From a virus (Duplodnaviria > Caudoviricetes): a DNA stretch of 34,598 nucleotides. The first letter of the stretch is position 1. Every line of letters starts with the position of its first letter. Positions 1 through 8,235 of the stretch are shown in pieces. The stretch is from positions 1-34,598 of the IMG/VR virus record IMGVR_UViG_3300032312_001565; one strand, given 5' to 3'. Under the pieces are notes generated by a model. That model worked only from the letters and a program-made list of their open reading frames with translations, searched no databases and was not told the origin of the DNA. The translations under genes were made by a program, and so were the position numbers.

Positions 1-40
1 ACCCTGATCGGAGATATCGCCCCAGAGGGACCCGTAACTT
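1..40 (-). other. cos-like packaging site, cosQ-side half
   Basis: Minus strand reads AAGTTACGGGTCCCTCTGGGGCGATATCTCCGATCAGGGT, resembling the lambda right end (TTACGGGTCCTTTCCGGTGATCCGACAGG); the genome encodes a lambda GpA-type terminase. Confidence 0.65.
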
Positions 41-128
41 GTTGGTTTTCAACGCCCCTTTTCCTCCACATGGAACGCCAATGCCCCTGGTGCAAGTCTC
101 TTGCATCTATCAGTCTCAATAGCCAATC

Positions 129-407
129 TCAATAAGAACTTGAGACGACACGCTTGAACGCATCGATCAGATCGACAGGATCCACCATGCCCCATGCGTT
201 GTGCGTGCGTCCGATCTCCATTTCGACACGGCGAACCAGGTCAAGGCCTGGGTTGCCTTGAGTCTCGTCTTGCATTGGTTGCTCCACATCTTCGATAATC
301 TCGATTGACTCAGCGCCGTGCATAGCATCGACCTGCTCGACATCCTCGACGGGTTGCACTTCAGCCTTGGCCTTTGCTGGCCGTCCTCTTTTCTTTTGTT
401 GGTTCAT
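129..407 (-). CDS. hypothetical protein with N-terminal AT-hook-like motif (KKRGRPAK) and acidic linker
   Basis: ORF with ATG and A/C-rich leader; last gene of the early minus-strand arm. Confidence 0.7.
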   Translation of the reverse strand: MNQQKKRGRPAKAKAEVQPVEDVEQVDAMHGAESIEIIEDVEQPMQDETQGNPGLDLVRRVEMEIGRTHNAWGMVDPVDLIDAFKRVVSSSY

Positions 408-419
408 AGGTTGGGTTGG

Positions 420-596
420 TTAAGCTGCCATCATCAGCAGCAGGAAAATGATCGCGCCGATGATCAGGAGCATAGCGCATCCAGTGCATCCGCAGCATCC
501 TGCCGCTCGGCGCTCTTGGTTATCCTCGCAATGAATCACCCTAGCAGGGAGCTTCCTTGCGATTTGTTTTCGACGCCCTTCTTTATTCGGTTTCAT
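420..596 (-). CDS. small membrane protein (basic N-terminus, GCCGCTGC, C-terminal TM helix)
   Basis: Start moved to ATG at 596 (MKPNKEG); hydrophobic C-terminus AMLLIIGAIIFLLLMMAA. Confidence 0.55.
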   Translation of the reverse strand: MKPNKEGRRKQIARKLPARVIHCEDNQERRAAGCCGCTGCAMLLIIGAIIFLLLMMAA

Positions 597-936
597 TGCG
601 ATCTCGTTTGTATGCCACCCAATAACCTTTGCGACCCTTGAGGACGAGCTGCACTCGGATCGGTGATTTCTCGATGGCCAACTGGAACTGTAAACTCCGC
701 AGGAACTGGTGGACCTCACATCCTGCAGCAAAGCCCAGAAAGTCGGTCAGGTGCTTGGCCGCACTCATCTCTCGGCCCAGAGCATATCGGAGGAAGGCGA
801 TGCGGCGAGCGTTGCGGACATAGCATCTCCTGCCGTGAGAATGCACCTCGCCCCCGTTGATCGGTAGCAGGACCGGCGACTCCCACCCGTCGAGGATGGC
901 ATCATCCAGGTCGGTGTGGTAAGTCTTCTCAGTCAT
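583..936 (-). CDS. hypothetical protein
   Basis: ATG at 936 (MTEKTYH) just downstream of the MTase stop; tight operon packing. Confidence 0.6.
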   Translation of the reverse strand: MTEKTYHTDLDDAILDGWESPVLLPINGGEVHSHGRRCYVRNARRIAFLRYALGREMSAAKHLTDFLGFAAGCEVHQFLRSLQFQLAIEKSPIRVQLVLKGRKGYWVAYKRDRNETE

Positions 937-950
937 GCGTGGGATTTGTT

Positions 951-1505
951 TCACTCGCTCCACTGCTTGGCCATTGCGTCGGCGATGCCTTGGAAGGTGG
1001 TGCTTCTAATTTTCCACCGATCCTTTGTCGGCGGGAGTTTCCAGATGCGTTGCTCGCGCCCCCCCACGATATCAGTTGGAACTAAAGCAGGAAGGTTCTT
1101 GAGCCACAGGCATGTCGCCTTTGTCTCGCCATGTCCAAACTGCCAAGGCTGGATAATCTGGTCAGGCTTTCGGATTTTGCTGGATATGACTGAAATCGGA
1201 TTCTCCAACGCAATGCGCTCAATCGGCGCATCAAGCAGGAACCTGACAAAGTCCAGCGCCCGTTGCTGTCTCCCGTCTCGGATCTTTTCAGTGAAATGCC
1301 TTGCGCCAGAAACCGCTAGATCGGTGCATGGAGGATGCGCGATCATCAAGTCCCATCCATCAAGCAGAATCTCGCGCACATCACCTTGATGATGAATGCC
1401 AGGTCGATCAGTTGGAAGAAGATCGCAACTCATCGCGTCATGACCAAGGGCCGCGAATGCATCGCGGACAACGCCGGAATACTCGCACGCGATTAAGACT
1501 TTCAT
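951..1505 (-). CDS. short DNA cytosine (C5)-methyltransferase-like protein
   Basis: Start MKVLIACEYSG (SAM-binding motif I variant), AHPPCT catalytic PC motif, ENP motif VI; ATG at 1505 follows the SSB stop. Confidence 0.8.
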   Translation of the reverse strand: MKVLIACEYSGVVRDAFAALGHDAMSCDLLPTDRPGIHHQGDVREILLDGWDLMIAHPPCTDLAVSGARHFTEKIRDGRQQRALDFVRFLLDAPIERIALENPISVISSKIRKPDQIIQPWQFGHGETKATCLWLKNLPALVPTDIVGGREQRIWKLPPTKDRWKIRSTTFQGIADAMAKQWSE

Positions 1506-1506
1506 C

Positions 1507-1788
1507 TCAAAACGGAATATCGGAATGATCCACCTCGACCACCGAAATCGATGGAGCAGACTGCGGGATGCCCTTGGTCCCTTTGTTCTGATAGTTGCCA
1601 ATGATCGGCCCCTTCTGCCCTGCCATGCGACGCTCCTTGCCCAGGTCTTGCGTGACAAAGCCGTCGTTGCCGTATTGGTCAGTCCCGCCCTTGTTCTCGA
1701 AAAGAACCAGGTCAAGGTATTTGCCGTTCTTGCCCTCAAAGAGCGCCGTCTTGTCGATCTTACTGACGTTAATTTTTGCTGTGATCAT
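1507..1788 (-). CDS. single-stranded DNA-binding protein (short OB-fold type)
   Basis: Beta-rich core (GKNGKYLDLVL), C-terminal acidic DIPF tail typical of SSBs, next to DnaB. Confidence 0.75.
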   Translation of the reverse strand: MITAKINVSKIDKTALFEGKNGKYLDLVLFENKGGTDQYGNDGFVTQDLGKERRMAGQKGPIIGNYQNKGTKGIPQSAPSISVVEVDHSDIPF

Positions 1789-1865
1789 ATCTTTTTGTTT
1801 TGGTTCCAGCTACGACGTGCAGCCGGGAAAGTGTAGGACATGGAGCGCCGCCTTCTTTTGCCCAT
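1785..1865 (-). CDS. putative leaderless Arg-rich leader peptide (26 aa, MGKRRRRSMSYTFPAARRSWNQNKKI)
   Basis: ATG 6 nt after a -10-like hexamer; its TGA overlaps the SSB ATG (ATGA); not in ORF track. Confidence 0.4.
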   Translation of the reverse strand: MGKRRRRSMSYTFPAARRSWNQNKKI

Positions 1866-1899
1866 GTTCGGAATGTCTAGGGTATTGTTTTGATTGCAA
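1866..1899 (-). promoter_or_regulatory. sigma70-like promoter
   Basis: TTGCAA-16 nt-GACATT-6 nt-ATG, same geometry as the promoters at 11195 and 28002. Confidence 0.5.
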
Positions 1900-1907
1900 G
1901 AGGGTTT

Positions 1908-3209
1908 TCAATATTGACGCTTTTCTCGGAATGTTGTTATCGGTCGGTCGAACTCAAAAGATATTGGCCCCATTTTCCCGCCCCGGCATTTTGCAACGAT
2001 CACCTCGACATCAACGACGGGATCCTGCGAATCCGGCTCAGTTGGATTGAGTAGAAGGATGACGTTCGCGTCCTGCTCAATGGCCCCAGAATCGCGAAGG
2101 TCTGATTTGACAGGCCTTCCTCGCTTCTCGGCATCTCGGTTGAGCTGGGCGAGCGTTACCACAGTTATATCCAACTCCTTGGCGAGCTGCTTGAGGCCAT
2201 CAGAAAGTCTTCTCACCGCATCCTCTCGATTGCGGCTCCCTTCTGGCTCCTTGATCAATTGCAGGTAATCGACAAAAATAACCCGCACGCCGCTTTGCTT
2301 GACGAGCTGCCTCGCGCTCACTTGGATGTCAACCAGCCGCATGTCTGCCCTGTCATCAATCCATAGCGGCCACTTGTGCGAGTTGTTGATCGCGTCCCTC
2401 AGCTTGATGAAGTCCATTTTCCCGATGTCTCCTCGGGCAAGCTTGAGAGAGTCGATCCGCGTCTGGCCGGATAGCGAGCGGATGGCAAGCTCCTCGGCGA
2501 ACATCTCAGCCGAATAGATCGCCGTCGGCACGTTGGCGGAAACGAGGTTTTCAACCAGGTTCATGAGCATGGCGGTTTTCCCTGCTCCCGGTCGAGCCGC
2601 AAGCACCCAGAGCTGTCCGCCTTGGTAGCCATTGGTAGATGCGTCGAGGCTTTCAAAGCCCGTTGAAATGCCGGGGATCTTTCCTCCCGCGACTCGGGCG
2701 TCCTCGATCATGCCCACCGTTCGGCCTAGGATCTCGCCCCATTGCCTCGACTTCGCCACCGATGCGGTCTTGAGGAGGCTTTGAATCGCGGTATCAGCGG
2801 CTTGAATGACCTGGTCAATGTCCGTGAGCTGATCGCAAGCCGAAGCCGCCAGCGCATGACATTCGGTCGCTAGACGCCGCCTCTTGGTTTCCTTTTCAGC
2901 GGCTCGCAGGTAGGTAGCCGTCATTTTGGGCGTGGGAACGTCGCTAAGAAGCTCCGTGACTGCTCCCGCCCCTCCTACAGCATCCAAACGCTCGGAAGCC
3001 CGTAGGCGCGAAATCAGGGCCACCAAATCCAATTCTCCAGCTTCTCGTCGCACGCTTTGCATCGCCGCCCAGATTTCACGATTGGCTGGATGGTAGAACA
3101 GATCGGATCCAGAGGGGTGGAGCGCGATCTTGTCGAAGGACTCGGGCCACTGGAGGGCGCAGGATAGCAAGGCACGCTCTGCGTCTTGATTGGAGGGCAA
3201 GCTGGTCAT
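1908..3209 (-). CDS. dnaB: replicative DNA helicase DnaB-like
   Basis: N-terminal AERALL motif, Walker A AARPGAGKT, VDYLQL, LAQLNR, DLRDSGAIEQDA. Confidence 0.97.
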   Translation of the reverse strand: MTSLPSNQDAERALLSCALQWPESFDKIALHPSGSDLFYHPANREIWAAMQSVRREAGELDLVALISRLRASERLDAVGGAGAVTELLSDVPTPKMTATYLRAAEKETKRRRLATECHALAASACDQLTDIDQVIQAADTAIQSLLKTASVAKSRQWGEILGRTVGMIEDARVAGGKIPGISTGFESLDASTNGYQGGQLWVLAARPGAGKTAMLMNLVENLVSANVPTAIYSAEMFAEELAIRSLSGQTRIDSLKLARGDIGKMDFIKLRDAINNSHKWPLWIDDRADMRLVDIQVSARQLVKQSGVRVIFVDYLQLIKEPEGSRNREDAVRRLSDGLKQLAKELDITVVTLAQLNRDAEKRGRPVKSDLRDSGAIEQDANVILLLNPTEPDSQDPVVDVEVIVAKCRGGKMGPISFEFDRPITTFREKRQY

Positions 3210-4081
3210 CGCGAGTTGCGGTAGATGTCCGCGCGTTGATCGTCGGTCAATTCGCCCTCTTCGCAGGTGAGAGGCTCATCGTAGATGGTCGCGGCGATCT
3301 CTCTCCAGTTGGCCGGGATTGGCAGCTTCTTAGGCTTCGGTTCTGCGGCGTGGTGTTGGACCTCGCCCTTCGGAGCGGCAAAGATGCCTTGGTAGTTCAT
3401 CGCCATGGAATGCCTCACAGCTTGGTCGAGAGCTTCGTCGCTCATGCTGGCGAGTTTGCTCAACATCTCCTTCCATCCGCTGGGCTTGTAGCTTTGGCCT
3501 TTTTCCGCTTTGTGTTTTGCCCAGAGGAGGAAGGTCTGTTTCCGATTCTCAGAAAATGAATCGGGGAAAGAAAGAGGCGACTTGTTCGCCGATGCGGCTT
3601 TGCCGCTCTTCTTTTCTTCTTTTGCTTTTGCTTCTGCTTCTGCTTCTGCTTTGTCGGTCTGAGGCGTTACGGAAGCGTTACTATGCGTTACGGAGGCGTT
3701 ACGGTGCGTTACGGAGGCGTTACGCTCTCGGTGGCGGCGTTGCCGCTCAGAATTCGCCTCCTTGGCCTCGGCCAAACTTGCCATCTTGCGGTATTTCGCG
3801 TGGTTCAAAAGCTCCCAGCCCCCGTCGATCTTGGCGATTCGACGCCCGTCATTCTCGGGAGTTCGCGAGTAAGGATCAGGCCCTAGGAACTTGGAGATGG
3901 CAATTTCGGCGTCACTGATGCTGACAGCCGCCAATCTGGCCAGACCTGGTATGGATGCCTGCACCTCGCCGTTTTGATCTGCGATTGCCAACATCGTAAT
4001 CCAAACGATGCGCGTCTTGTCATCCTCGGTCCAGATCGTGGACGTTACGATGGAGTTGAAAAGCTTAGTGTAATTTGGCAT
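3206..4081 (-). CDS. phage replication initiator / replisome organizer
   Basis: Start MPNYTKLFNSIVTSTIW; winged-helix-like N-terminus, internal iteron array, C-terminal domain with MNYQGIF; ATGA-coupled to dnaB. Confidence 0.8.
   Translation of the reverse strand: MPNYTKLFNSIVTSTIWTEDDKTRIVWITMLAIADQNGEVQASIPGLARLAAVSISDAEIAISKFLGPDPYSRTPENDGRRIAKIDGGWELLNHAKYRKMASLAEAKEANSERQRRHRERNASVTHRNASVTHSNASVTPQTDKAEAEAEAKAKEEKKSGKAASANKSPLSFPDSFSENRKQTFLLWAKHKAEKGQSYKPSGWKEMLSKLASMSDEALDQAVRHSMAMNYQGIFAAPKGEVQHHAAEPKPKKLPIPANWREIAATIYDEPLTCEEGELTDDQRADIYRNSR
3664..3723. repeat. iteron array / probable replication origin
   Basis: Six GCGTTAC copies at 3664, 3675, 3685, 3696, 3706, 3717 (spacing 11,10,11,10,11) adjacent to a (TTCTGC)n/T-rich tract at about 3608-3652. 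Confidence 0.8.
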
Positions 4082-4083
4082 AA

Positions 4084-4110
4084 CGTTACTGTAACGGTGG
4101 AGCGTTACGG
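4084..4110. promoter_or_regulatory. operator-like iteron copies upstream of the initiator gene
   Basis: Palindrome CGTTAC-T-GTAACG (4084-4096) plus GCGTTACGG (4102-4110) immediately upstream of the ATG. Confidence 0.6.
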
Positions 4111-4141
4111 AAAGGTTCAACAAAATGAATTGGATCCGCAA

Positions 4142-6343
4142 CTAGAAAAGCTCAGTCTGGAGCTTTGCCCCGGCCAAGTTTTCGCAAGCTTGTTTGAAAT
4201 AGCTTTCCTTGAGTTCAGATCCGACAAATTGCCGGTCCAACGTAAGTGCCCCGACGCCCTCGCTCCCAATGCCCGTAAATGGCGAGAAAACCAAGTCGCC
4301 GGGATTGCTCCAAAGCTCAATCGCTCGCTCAATCACATCAAGCTGCAACGGGCAGATGTGCTTTTCGTCTTTGTGATCGCGAGCGCCATCTCGGTTGAGA
4401 ACGCGGCCTTGATCGACCGTCATCCAGACCGGAGACGCGACCTCCTGCCACCATGAAACCGGATACTTGTTTCGGTCTTTAGTGATCGGCTTTGGATTCT
4501 CCCCTGGTGCCCGAAACACCAAAAGATAATCCGGCGCTCCTACTCTCGATCCAGCCGAATCAGTGCAAAGCGTCTTGTGAAGAAGCCCATGGGCCTTTGT
4601 CCTCTGCATCTCGGTCACTGGGTTTTTCCAAATCGTGACTCGCGCGTGAAGGGTAAAACCGTGCTTCCAAAAAGCCCTGATGATCTCGCCAGAGAAGTCT
4701 TGAAAGCCGATGTAGCCGTGCTTCCATTTGGTGGCGAGAAGATCAACGCAATGGACGGCCACTTCGCGGCCTGGGACAACGATCCGCGCCAGCTCGGCGA
4801 TCAGAATCTCAAAATGCTTCGTGAACTCCTCCAAATCGTTGCAATTGCCCATGTCTTGCAAATCGTCCGAATAGGTGAACAGATCTGCAAACGGAGGCGA
4901 GAAGACTGAAAAGTCTACCGAAGCATCCGGCAGGGATTTGGCAACGCGAACGCAATCACCGTGATAAACTGTCCATCCTTCTCCTTGTCTCTTTTCGATA
5001 TCGGTTTTCATCGTAAGTTCTTTTGTTCCTTCGCGGAATGCCGCCGCTGCGATTTTCATGCTTTCTTGCATCTCAGAATGTTGGTTAATTTTTCGAGAAA
5101 TTGTCCGCATGATAGCGCCTTCGGTCGTTGCATGGATAACGTAGGCGTTTACTTCGCGAGTCTGGCCAAAGCGATAGGAGCGACGGAGCGCCTGGTAAAA
5201 GTCCTCGAAAGAATAGGACAGGCCAACAAAAGCAATGTTTCGGCAATGCTGCCAATTCATCCCATATCCAAAGATTCCGCTTTTCGAGATCAGAACGCGA
5301 ATCTTGCCATCAACAAAATCAGCGGCGGCGGTTTCTTTCTTCTTAGCGGTATCTGAGCCGCGAATCTCGACGGCATCAGGAATCGACTTTGCGAGCCTTT
5401 CGCTTTCGTCGTTGGTATTGCACCAAACAATCCACGATTCATCTGATGCATTGACAAGATCGGCCACGGCCTTTACGCGAGCCTCTGCGGTCATTCTCAT
5501 TTCTTTATGCATTGTAGTCGCTGATAAGGTTGCGTTGCGAAAAATCTCGCCATCGTTGGCCTCTCTCGTTTCATCGACATCAACGATGACGGTCTGCAGG
5601 TTGAGATTTGGCAGCGAGTATCCGGCGTCATCATAGCCAATGTCGGACGGCTTTGAGACGCACGCGGCCCATGACGCTACCCACTTCCAAAACTCGCCTT
5701 CAGCGTGCTTCTTCAATCGCCAATCGCCAGTGTTGAATGTGTCGTTGATGAAGAACGTGCAAAGCATTTGTTGAGGTGTGCAGACGCCAAGGAAATCAGC
5801 GTGCTGGCCGAACTCGGTATAATCGTTAGGCGATGGCGTAGCCGTGCATGCAAGCTTGTATGGCGTGTCAACAAATCGCTCAGTCAAACGATGGCGCGTC
5901 TTCCCGGTAAAGCTTTTTAGGATGCTCGATTCATCGAGGACGACTCCGCCAAAGTCCACATAATCGAAATTGTCGAGCTTCTCGTAATTCGTGATCCAGA
6001 TGCCTTCGCCGGAAATCTGATCGCCGGATTCGACGACTTGAGCGGTGATCCCAAAATGCTCGGCCTCTCGTGCTGTTTGAGCAGCCACTGAAAGCGGCGT
6101 TAGAATTAGGACGGGCTTTCCAGTATGTTGCCTGACCTGGTGCGCCCACTCAAGTTGCTGAATCGTTTTACCTAGGCCGCAATCCTCGAAAAGCGCGGCG
6201 CGACCTTTCTGCACAGCCCATCTGACAACATGCGTTTGCCAGTCGAAAAGCGGCGCAGTAATCGGCATAGGCTTAAATCCGCTCGGCTTTGCGTGCTTTG
6301 TTTTCGCCTCAATAAAGGCGTCGTATTCATCTAGGTTTTTCAT
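4142..6343 (-). CDS. SNF2-type helicase fused to N4/N6 DNA methyltransferase
   Basis: DCGLGKT, LDESS, TATP, QALRRSYRFGQ helicase motifs; then FSPPF catalytic motif and FSPFTGIGS SAM-binding motif; start MKNLDEY after an AAAAAGAG leader. Confidence 0.92.
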   Translation of the reverse strand: MKNLDEYDAFIEAKTKHAKPSGFKPMPITAPLFDWQTHVVRWAVQKGRAALFEDCGLGKTIQQLEWAHQVRQHTGKPVLILTPLSVAAQTAREAEHFGITAQVVESGDQISGEGIWITNYEKLDNFDYVDFGGVVLDESSILKSFTGKTRHRLTERFVDTPYKLACTATPSPNDYTEFGQHADFLGVCTPQQMLCTFFINDTFNTGDWRLKKHAEGEFWKWVASWAACVSKPSDIGYDDAGYSLPNLNLQTVIVDVDETREANDGEIFRNATLSATTMHKEMRMTAEARVKAVADLVNASDESWIVWCNTNDESERLAKSIPDAVEIRGSDTAKKKETAAADFVDGKIRVLISKSGIFGYGMNWQHCRNIAFVGLSYSFEDFYQALRRSYRFGQTREVNAYVIHATTEGAIMRTISRKINQHSEMQESMKIAAAAFREGTKELTMKTDIEKRQGEGWTVYHGDCVRVAKSLPDASVDFSVFSPPFADLFTYSDDLQDMGNCNDLEEFTKHFEILIAELARIVVPGREVAVHCVDLLATKWKHGYIGFQDFSGEIIRAFWKHGFTLHARVTIWKNPVTEMQRTKAHGLLHKTLCTDSAGSRVGAPDYLLVFRAPGENPKPITKDRNKYPVSWWQEVASPVWMTVDQGRVLNRDGARDHKDEKHICPLQLDVIERAIELWSNPGDLVFSPFTGIGSEGVGALTLDRQFVGSELKESYFKQACENLAGAKLQTELF

Positions 6344-6351
6344 CTCTTTTT

Positions 6352-6516
6352 TTACTTTGCTCTGTATTTCCTCTGATATTCCCTGTTGTTCTCCGCGCAA
6401 ATCTCGCATCGCGTCCGATTCGGCACGGCCAACCTAGCGCAGATAGCGCATCTACCGGCGGCGATCTGCTTGTTCTGCCAGCGGCGGTTTCTAATGGTTT
6501 TTCCGTCTCCATTCAT
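6352..6516 (-). CDS. 54-aa basic C4 zinc-finger protein
   Basis: MNGDGKTIRNRRWQNKQIAAGRCAICARLAVPNRTRCEICAENNREYQRKYRAK (CxxC-x10-CxxC); ATGA overlap with upstream stop; not in ORF track. Confidence 0.7.
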   Translation of the reverse strand: MNGDGKTIRNRRWQNKQIAAGRCAICARLAVPNRTRCEICAENNREYQRKYRAK

Positions 6517-6878
6517 TTCGTAACCCTTTCCATTTCAGCGTTGTGGGCGGCTGCGAGTTCTTCCCAACTGATCGCAAGGCTCTGAACCGTTTTACCTGTC
6601 CATGGTTCCCACTCGACAGGGACGACTTCGCGGATGTGGACCTGCCTCAACGTGTAATCGCTGCAATGGGTCTTAGCGTCCTCCTCAGTAAGATAAATAA
6701 ACCCCATGTATTCTTCATCAGGAGCATAAAGGTTGATCCAGCCCTCAATCCTCTTAGGCTTTGGGCGGTGTTGCTCAATAACCTCGATGAGGGTCCGTTC
6801 CTCTTCACTGAGAGAATAGGGCCGGATCGATTCCGCGAGCTTCAACGCGGCTTGTAATAGTTCGTTTTGTTCGTTCAT
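6513..6878 (-). CDS. hypothetical protein
   Basis: Operon-packed ORF (MNEQNELL, contains GWINLY). Confidence 0.7.
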   Translation of the reverse strand: MNEQNELLQAALKLAESIRPYSLSEEERTLIEVIEQHRPKPKRIEGWINLYAPDEEYMGFIYLTEEDAKTHCSDYTLRQVHIREVVPVEWEPWTGKTVQSLAISWEELAAAHNAEMERVTK

Positions 6879-6879
6879 A

Positions 6880-7092
6880 TCAATCAAGTTTGAGCTTGAA
6901 CATCAGCGAAATCACAGCCTCACGCTCCGTCTCTCCGCACTGGGTTTCCACCTCGCCAAAAAGCTCAATGGATGCCTCCCAGTAGGAATCGGACATGTCG
7001 AAAACGTAGAAGGTTTCGATGCCTAGACGTTTCGCGTCTTTCTTCCAACGCGGCACTTCGTCTGCCATGTCGAGGAAATCGGAGACGCTCAT
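6880..7092 (-). CDS. hypothetical protein
   Basis: Operon-packed ORF with ATGA coupling. Confidence 0.65.
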   Translation of the reverse strand: MSVSDFLDMADEVPRWKKDAKRLGIETFYVFDMSDSYWEASIELFGEVETQCGETEREAVISLMFKLKLD

Positions 7093-7265
7093 TTCGCCCT
7101 CCCGTCTTCAAAACGAGTCCATTCCGCCATTGTGCGATATGCGTTGAGATCAGCGGACAGCTCCGCGACCTCGCGATCATGCTTGATCTCTATTGCCCAT
7201 GCTGCGGCGATGCCCATTGAAAGGCCGAGCAGCATCCCTGCCAAAATTCCGTATGTCTCTCTCAT
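7089..7265 (-). CDS. small membrane-anchored protein (58 aa)
   Basis: MRETYGILAGMLLGLSMGIAAAWAIEIK..., ATGA overlaps on both sides; not in ORF track. Confidence 0.65.
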   Translation of the reverse strand: MRETYGILAGMLLGLSMGIAAAWAIEIKHDREVAELSADLNAYRTMAEWTRFEDGRAK

Positions 7266-7579
7266 GATATATCTATTTCTTTAATCTCGTATCTTCCCTT
7301 TTTGTTTTTGCGCCACCCGTGGACCAGAATGATCCATCCGGCTTTTCTCAGATGCTCTAGCGCATCAGATTCAGTCATCTTATTGATGCGGCTTTTTGTA
7401 TTCGACCAACTGGTTGATTGCACTGCTACAGTCTCCCCATCGCGGATCGCGAGGATGTCGATGATCCCGAACAGATCCTGTCTAATGCGAGCGTGAGGAT
7501 TCCACTTCTCGACAACCTGGACCAACTGACACGTTTTGCGCAGGTGGGCCAAGCTGCGAGCGGTGGGAGATTGTTTCAT
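7262..7579 (-). CDS. PD-(D/E)XK nuclease, Holliday junction resolvase / VRR-NUC-like
   Basis: DLFGIIDILAIR...VAVQSTS core and ILVHGW motif. Confidence 0.7.
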   Translation of the reverse strand: MKQSPTARSLAHLRKTCQLVQVVEKWNPHARIRQDLFGIIDILAIRDGETVAVQSTSWSNTKSRINKMTESDALEHLRKAGWIILVHGWRKNKKGRYEIKEIDIS

Positions 7580-7582
7580 TCT

Positions 7583-7807
7583 CTACTTCCATTCAATGAT
7601 GGCTCTAAGTTCGTTCATGCGTGCTGAACATTTAGACCCGTCGTGCTCAATTCCGTCCGGCGAGTCAATTCCTTGCAGCCAAAGCCAGTGGTTTTCATCA
7701 TGATCTAGATCAAAGTCCAGAAGGCGAAACGCAATCCAATCAGCCCCATCACTCCATGCCTTGTCATTCCAGATTAACAACACTCGCTTTCCAATTAGGT
7801 CTTTCAT
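7583..7807 (-). CDS. hypothetical protein
   Basis: Operon-packed ORF, ATGA coupling. Confidence 0.65.
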   Translation of the reverse strand: MKDLIGKRVLLIWNDKAWSDGADWIAFRLLDFDLDHDENHWLWLQGIDSPDGIEHDGSKCSARMNELRAIIEWK

Positions 7808-8235
7808 GCTGAGGCGAGCGTTTTGATTTTGGCCGCAAAGTCCAAACGAAGCGCCTTGTCGAGGATGTGGTTATTAGGCAGGTGATCAATGCTCGGCAGG
7901 ATCTCAGGTTTAGCCGGTTCGATCCGTGCCGGTATGACCTCGCGCTTCGATGCTGGGATCAGCTTTCCGCGAACCATTTTGGCGTCTTTCGCCGGGATGA
8001 TTCGGGCCGGAATGACACGCTCCTCACTGGCATCGATGCCCGTCTGGAAATCACACTTTCCCCCAAGGCCAACGTAGAGATCGACTCGGCGCTGCATCTT
8101 GTTCCGTTGCTGAGAGGTCAGATTGAAATTGTCGATCTGATACTCGGGAAGAAGGCGGCGAATCGCTGCGAGATTGAATCGGATGGTTCGCGTCCCGCCA
8201 AGGTGCTCAAGGTGGTAGATGGAAACGTCTTTCAT
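7804..8235 (-). CDS. hypothetical protein with internal IPA repeats
   Basis: ATGA coupling on both sides; VIPARIIPAK...LIPAS...VIPARIEPAK. Confidence 0.7.
   Translation of the reverse strand: MKDVSIYHLEHLGGTRTIRFNLAAIRRLLPEYQIDNFNLTSQQRNKMQRRVDLYVGLGGKCDFQTGIDASEERVIPARIIPAKDAKMVRGKLIPASKREVIPARIEPAKPEILPSIDHLPNNHILDKALRLDFAAKIKTLASA

Noticed and set aside
91-105. TGCAAG-TCT-CTTGCA hairpin
   Set aside because: Short stem with no U-tract; cannot be supported as a terminator
1506-1739. N-terminal extension of the MTase ORF
   Set aside because: Overlaps SSB; MTase motif I begins at 1505
3664-3723. Possible CRISPR-like mini-array
   Set aside because: 7-bp repeats with 3-4 nt spacers inside a CDS; these fit iterons, not CRISPR
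6327-6512. 61-aa ORF and helicase start at 6409
   Set aside because: The zinc-finger frame 6352-6516 with ATGA coupling explains the region better
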